Assembly (NCBI GenBank): GCA_030390025.1
Contig: CM059425.1
Location: forward strand, 172,920,001-172,984,000
DNA from: Squalus acanthias
Taxonomy: Eukaryota
Direction of reading: 5' to 3'
Length of the DNA stretch: 64,000 nt
The position numbers and the translations under genes are program-made. Of the stretch, positions 62,692-64,000 are shown one piece after another; position 1 is the stretch's first letter; every line of letters starts with the position of its first letter. The notes under the pieces were generated by a model, which worked only from the letters and a program-made list of their open reading frames with translations, searched no databases and was not told the DNA's origin.

Positions 62692-63885
62692 TTTTAAAAT
62701 TTGCTTATGGGATCTGGGCGTCGCTGGCAAGGCCAGCATTTATTGCTCATCCCTAATTGCCCTTGAGAAGGTGGTGGTGAGCCGCCTTCTTGAACCACTG
62801 CAGTCCGTGTGGTGAAGGTACTCCCATAGTGCTGTTAGGTAGAGAGTTCCAGGGAGTTCCTGGGAGTTCCAGGATTTTGACCCAGCGACGATATAATTCT
62901 AAGTCAGGATGGTGTGTGACTTGGAGTGGAACTTGTAGGTGGTGGTGTTCCCATGTGCCTGCTGCCCTTGTCCTTCTAGGTGGAAGAGGTCGCAGGTTTG
63001 GGAGGTGCTGCCGAAGAAGCCTTGGCGAGTTGCTGCAGTGCATCTTGTAGATGGTACACACTGCAGCCACGGTACGCCGGTGGTGGAGGGAATGAATGTT
63101 TAAGGTGGTGGATGGGATGCCAATCAAGCGGGCTGCTTTGTCCTGGATGGTGTTAAGCTTCTTGAGTGTTGTTGGAGCTGCACTCATCCAGGCAAGTGGA
63201 GAGTATTCCATCACACTCCTTACTTGTGCCTTGTAGATGGTGGAAAGGCTTTGGGGAGTCAGGAGGTGAGACACTCACCACAGAATACCCAGCCTCTGAC
63301 CTGCTCTTGTTGCCACAGTATTTATGTGGCTGGTCCAGTTAAGTTTCTGGTCAATGGTGACCCCCAGGATGTTGATAGTGGGGGATTCGGCGATGGTAAT
63401 GCCGTTGAATGTCAAGGGGCGGTAGTTAGACTCTCGCTTGTTGGAGATAGTCATTGCCTGGCACTTGTGTGGCGCGAATGTTACCTGCCACTTATCAGCC
63501 CAAGCCTGAACGTCGTCCAGGTCTTGTTGAATGTGGGCATGGACTGCTTCGTTATCTGAGGAGTTGTGAATGGTGCTGAACACTGTGCAGTCATCAGCGA
63601 ACATCCCCATTTCTGACCTTATGTTGGAGGGAAGATCATTGATGAAGCAGCTGAAGATGGTTGGGCCTAGGACACTGCCCTGAGGAACTCCTGCAGTGAT
63701 GTCCTGGGCTGAGATGATTGACCTCTAACCACCACTACCATCTTCCTTTGTGTTAGGTATGACTCCAGCCAGTGGAGAGTTTTCCCCCCGATTCCCATTG
63801 ACTTCAGTTTTACTAGGGCTCCTTGATGCCACACTCGGTCAAATGCTGCCTTGATGTCAAGGGCAGTCACTCTCACCTCACCTCT
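62692..63885 (-). mobile_element. LINE (CR1/L2 superclade, HLLKGN family), 5'-truncated
   Basis: ALDIKAAFDRVWH, MFADDCTVF, WADKWQVTFAPHKCQ, VRSVMEYSPLAW...HHHLLKGN*. Confidence 0.92.
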
Positions 63886-64000
63886 GGGATGGTGGCAGTT
63901 CTTGGGTAACAGAAACGAGAAAAGCACAAAGGTCAGGATGTGGTGAAGGGAGGGGAGAAAACAAGATATCCATGCATACAGAAGAGATGTAGAAGAGATT
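63886..64000 (-). mobile_element. Family A Harbinger Myb intron 2/exon 3 fragment in opposite orientation
   Basis: Reverse complement matches 61480-61575 and 13275-13365. Confidence 0.65.

Overview
Repeat-dense vertebrate genomic DNA. The mix of CR1, L2, Deu-core SINE and Penelope repeats suggests a cartilaginous fish (inference). No host gene could be recognised with confidence. Roughly half of the window derives from PIF/Harbinger DNA transposons: about a dozen copies or remnants from several families, most retaining parts of a three-exon Myb/SANT gene and/or a convergent HARBI1-type DDE transposase, plus at least five Harbinger-type MITEs. The best-preserved copy (19743-23856) has 16-bp TIRs, a perfect TAT target duplication, an intact spliced 455-aa Myb/SANT gene and a transposase broken by a single 1-bp insertion. 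A 315-bp MITE at 56636-56950 shares its terminal sequence. The rest is nested CR1, L2 and other LINE fragments, tRNA-headed Deu SINEs, Penelope-like fragments with minimal hammerhead ribozyme motifs, a G-quadruplex-type 15-bp minisatellite and an expanded poly-Glu microsatellite. Boundaries of degenerate copies are approximate. All family names come from motif recognition, not database searches.
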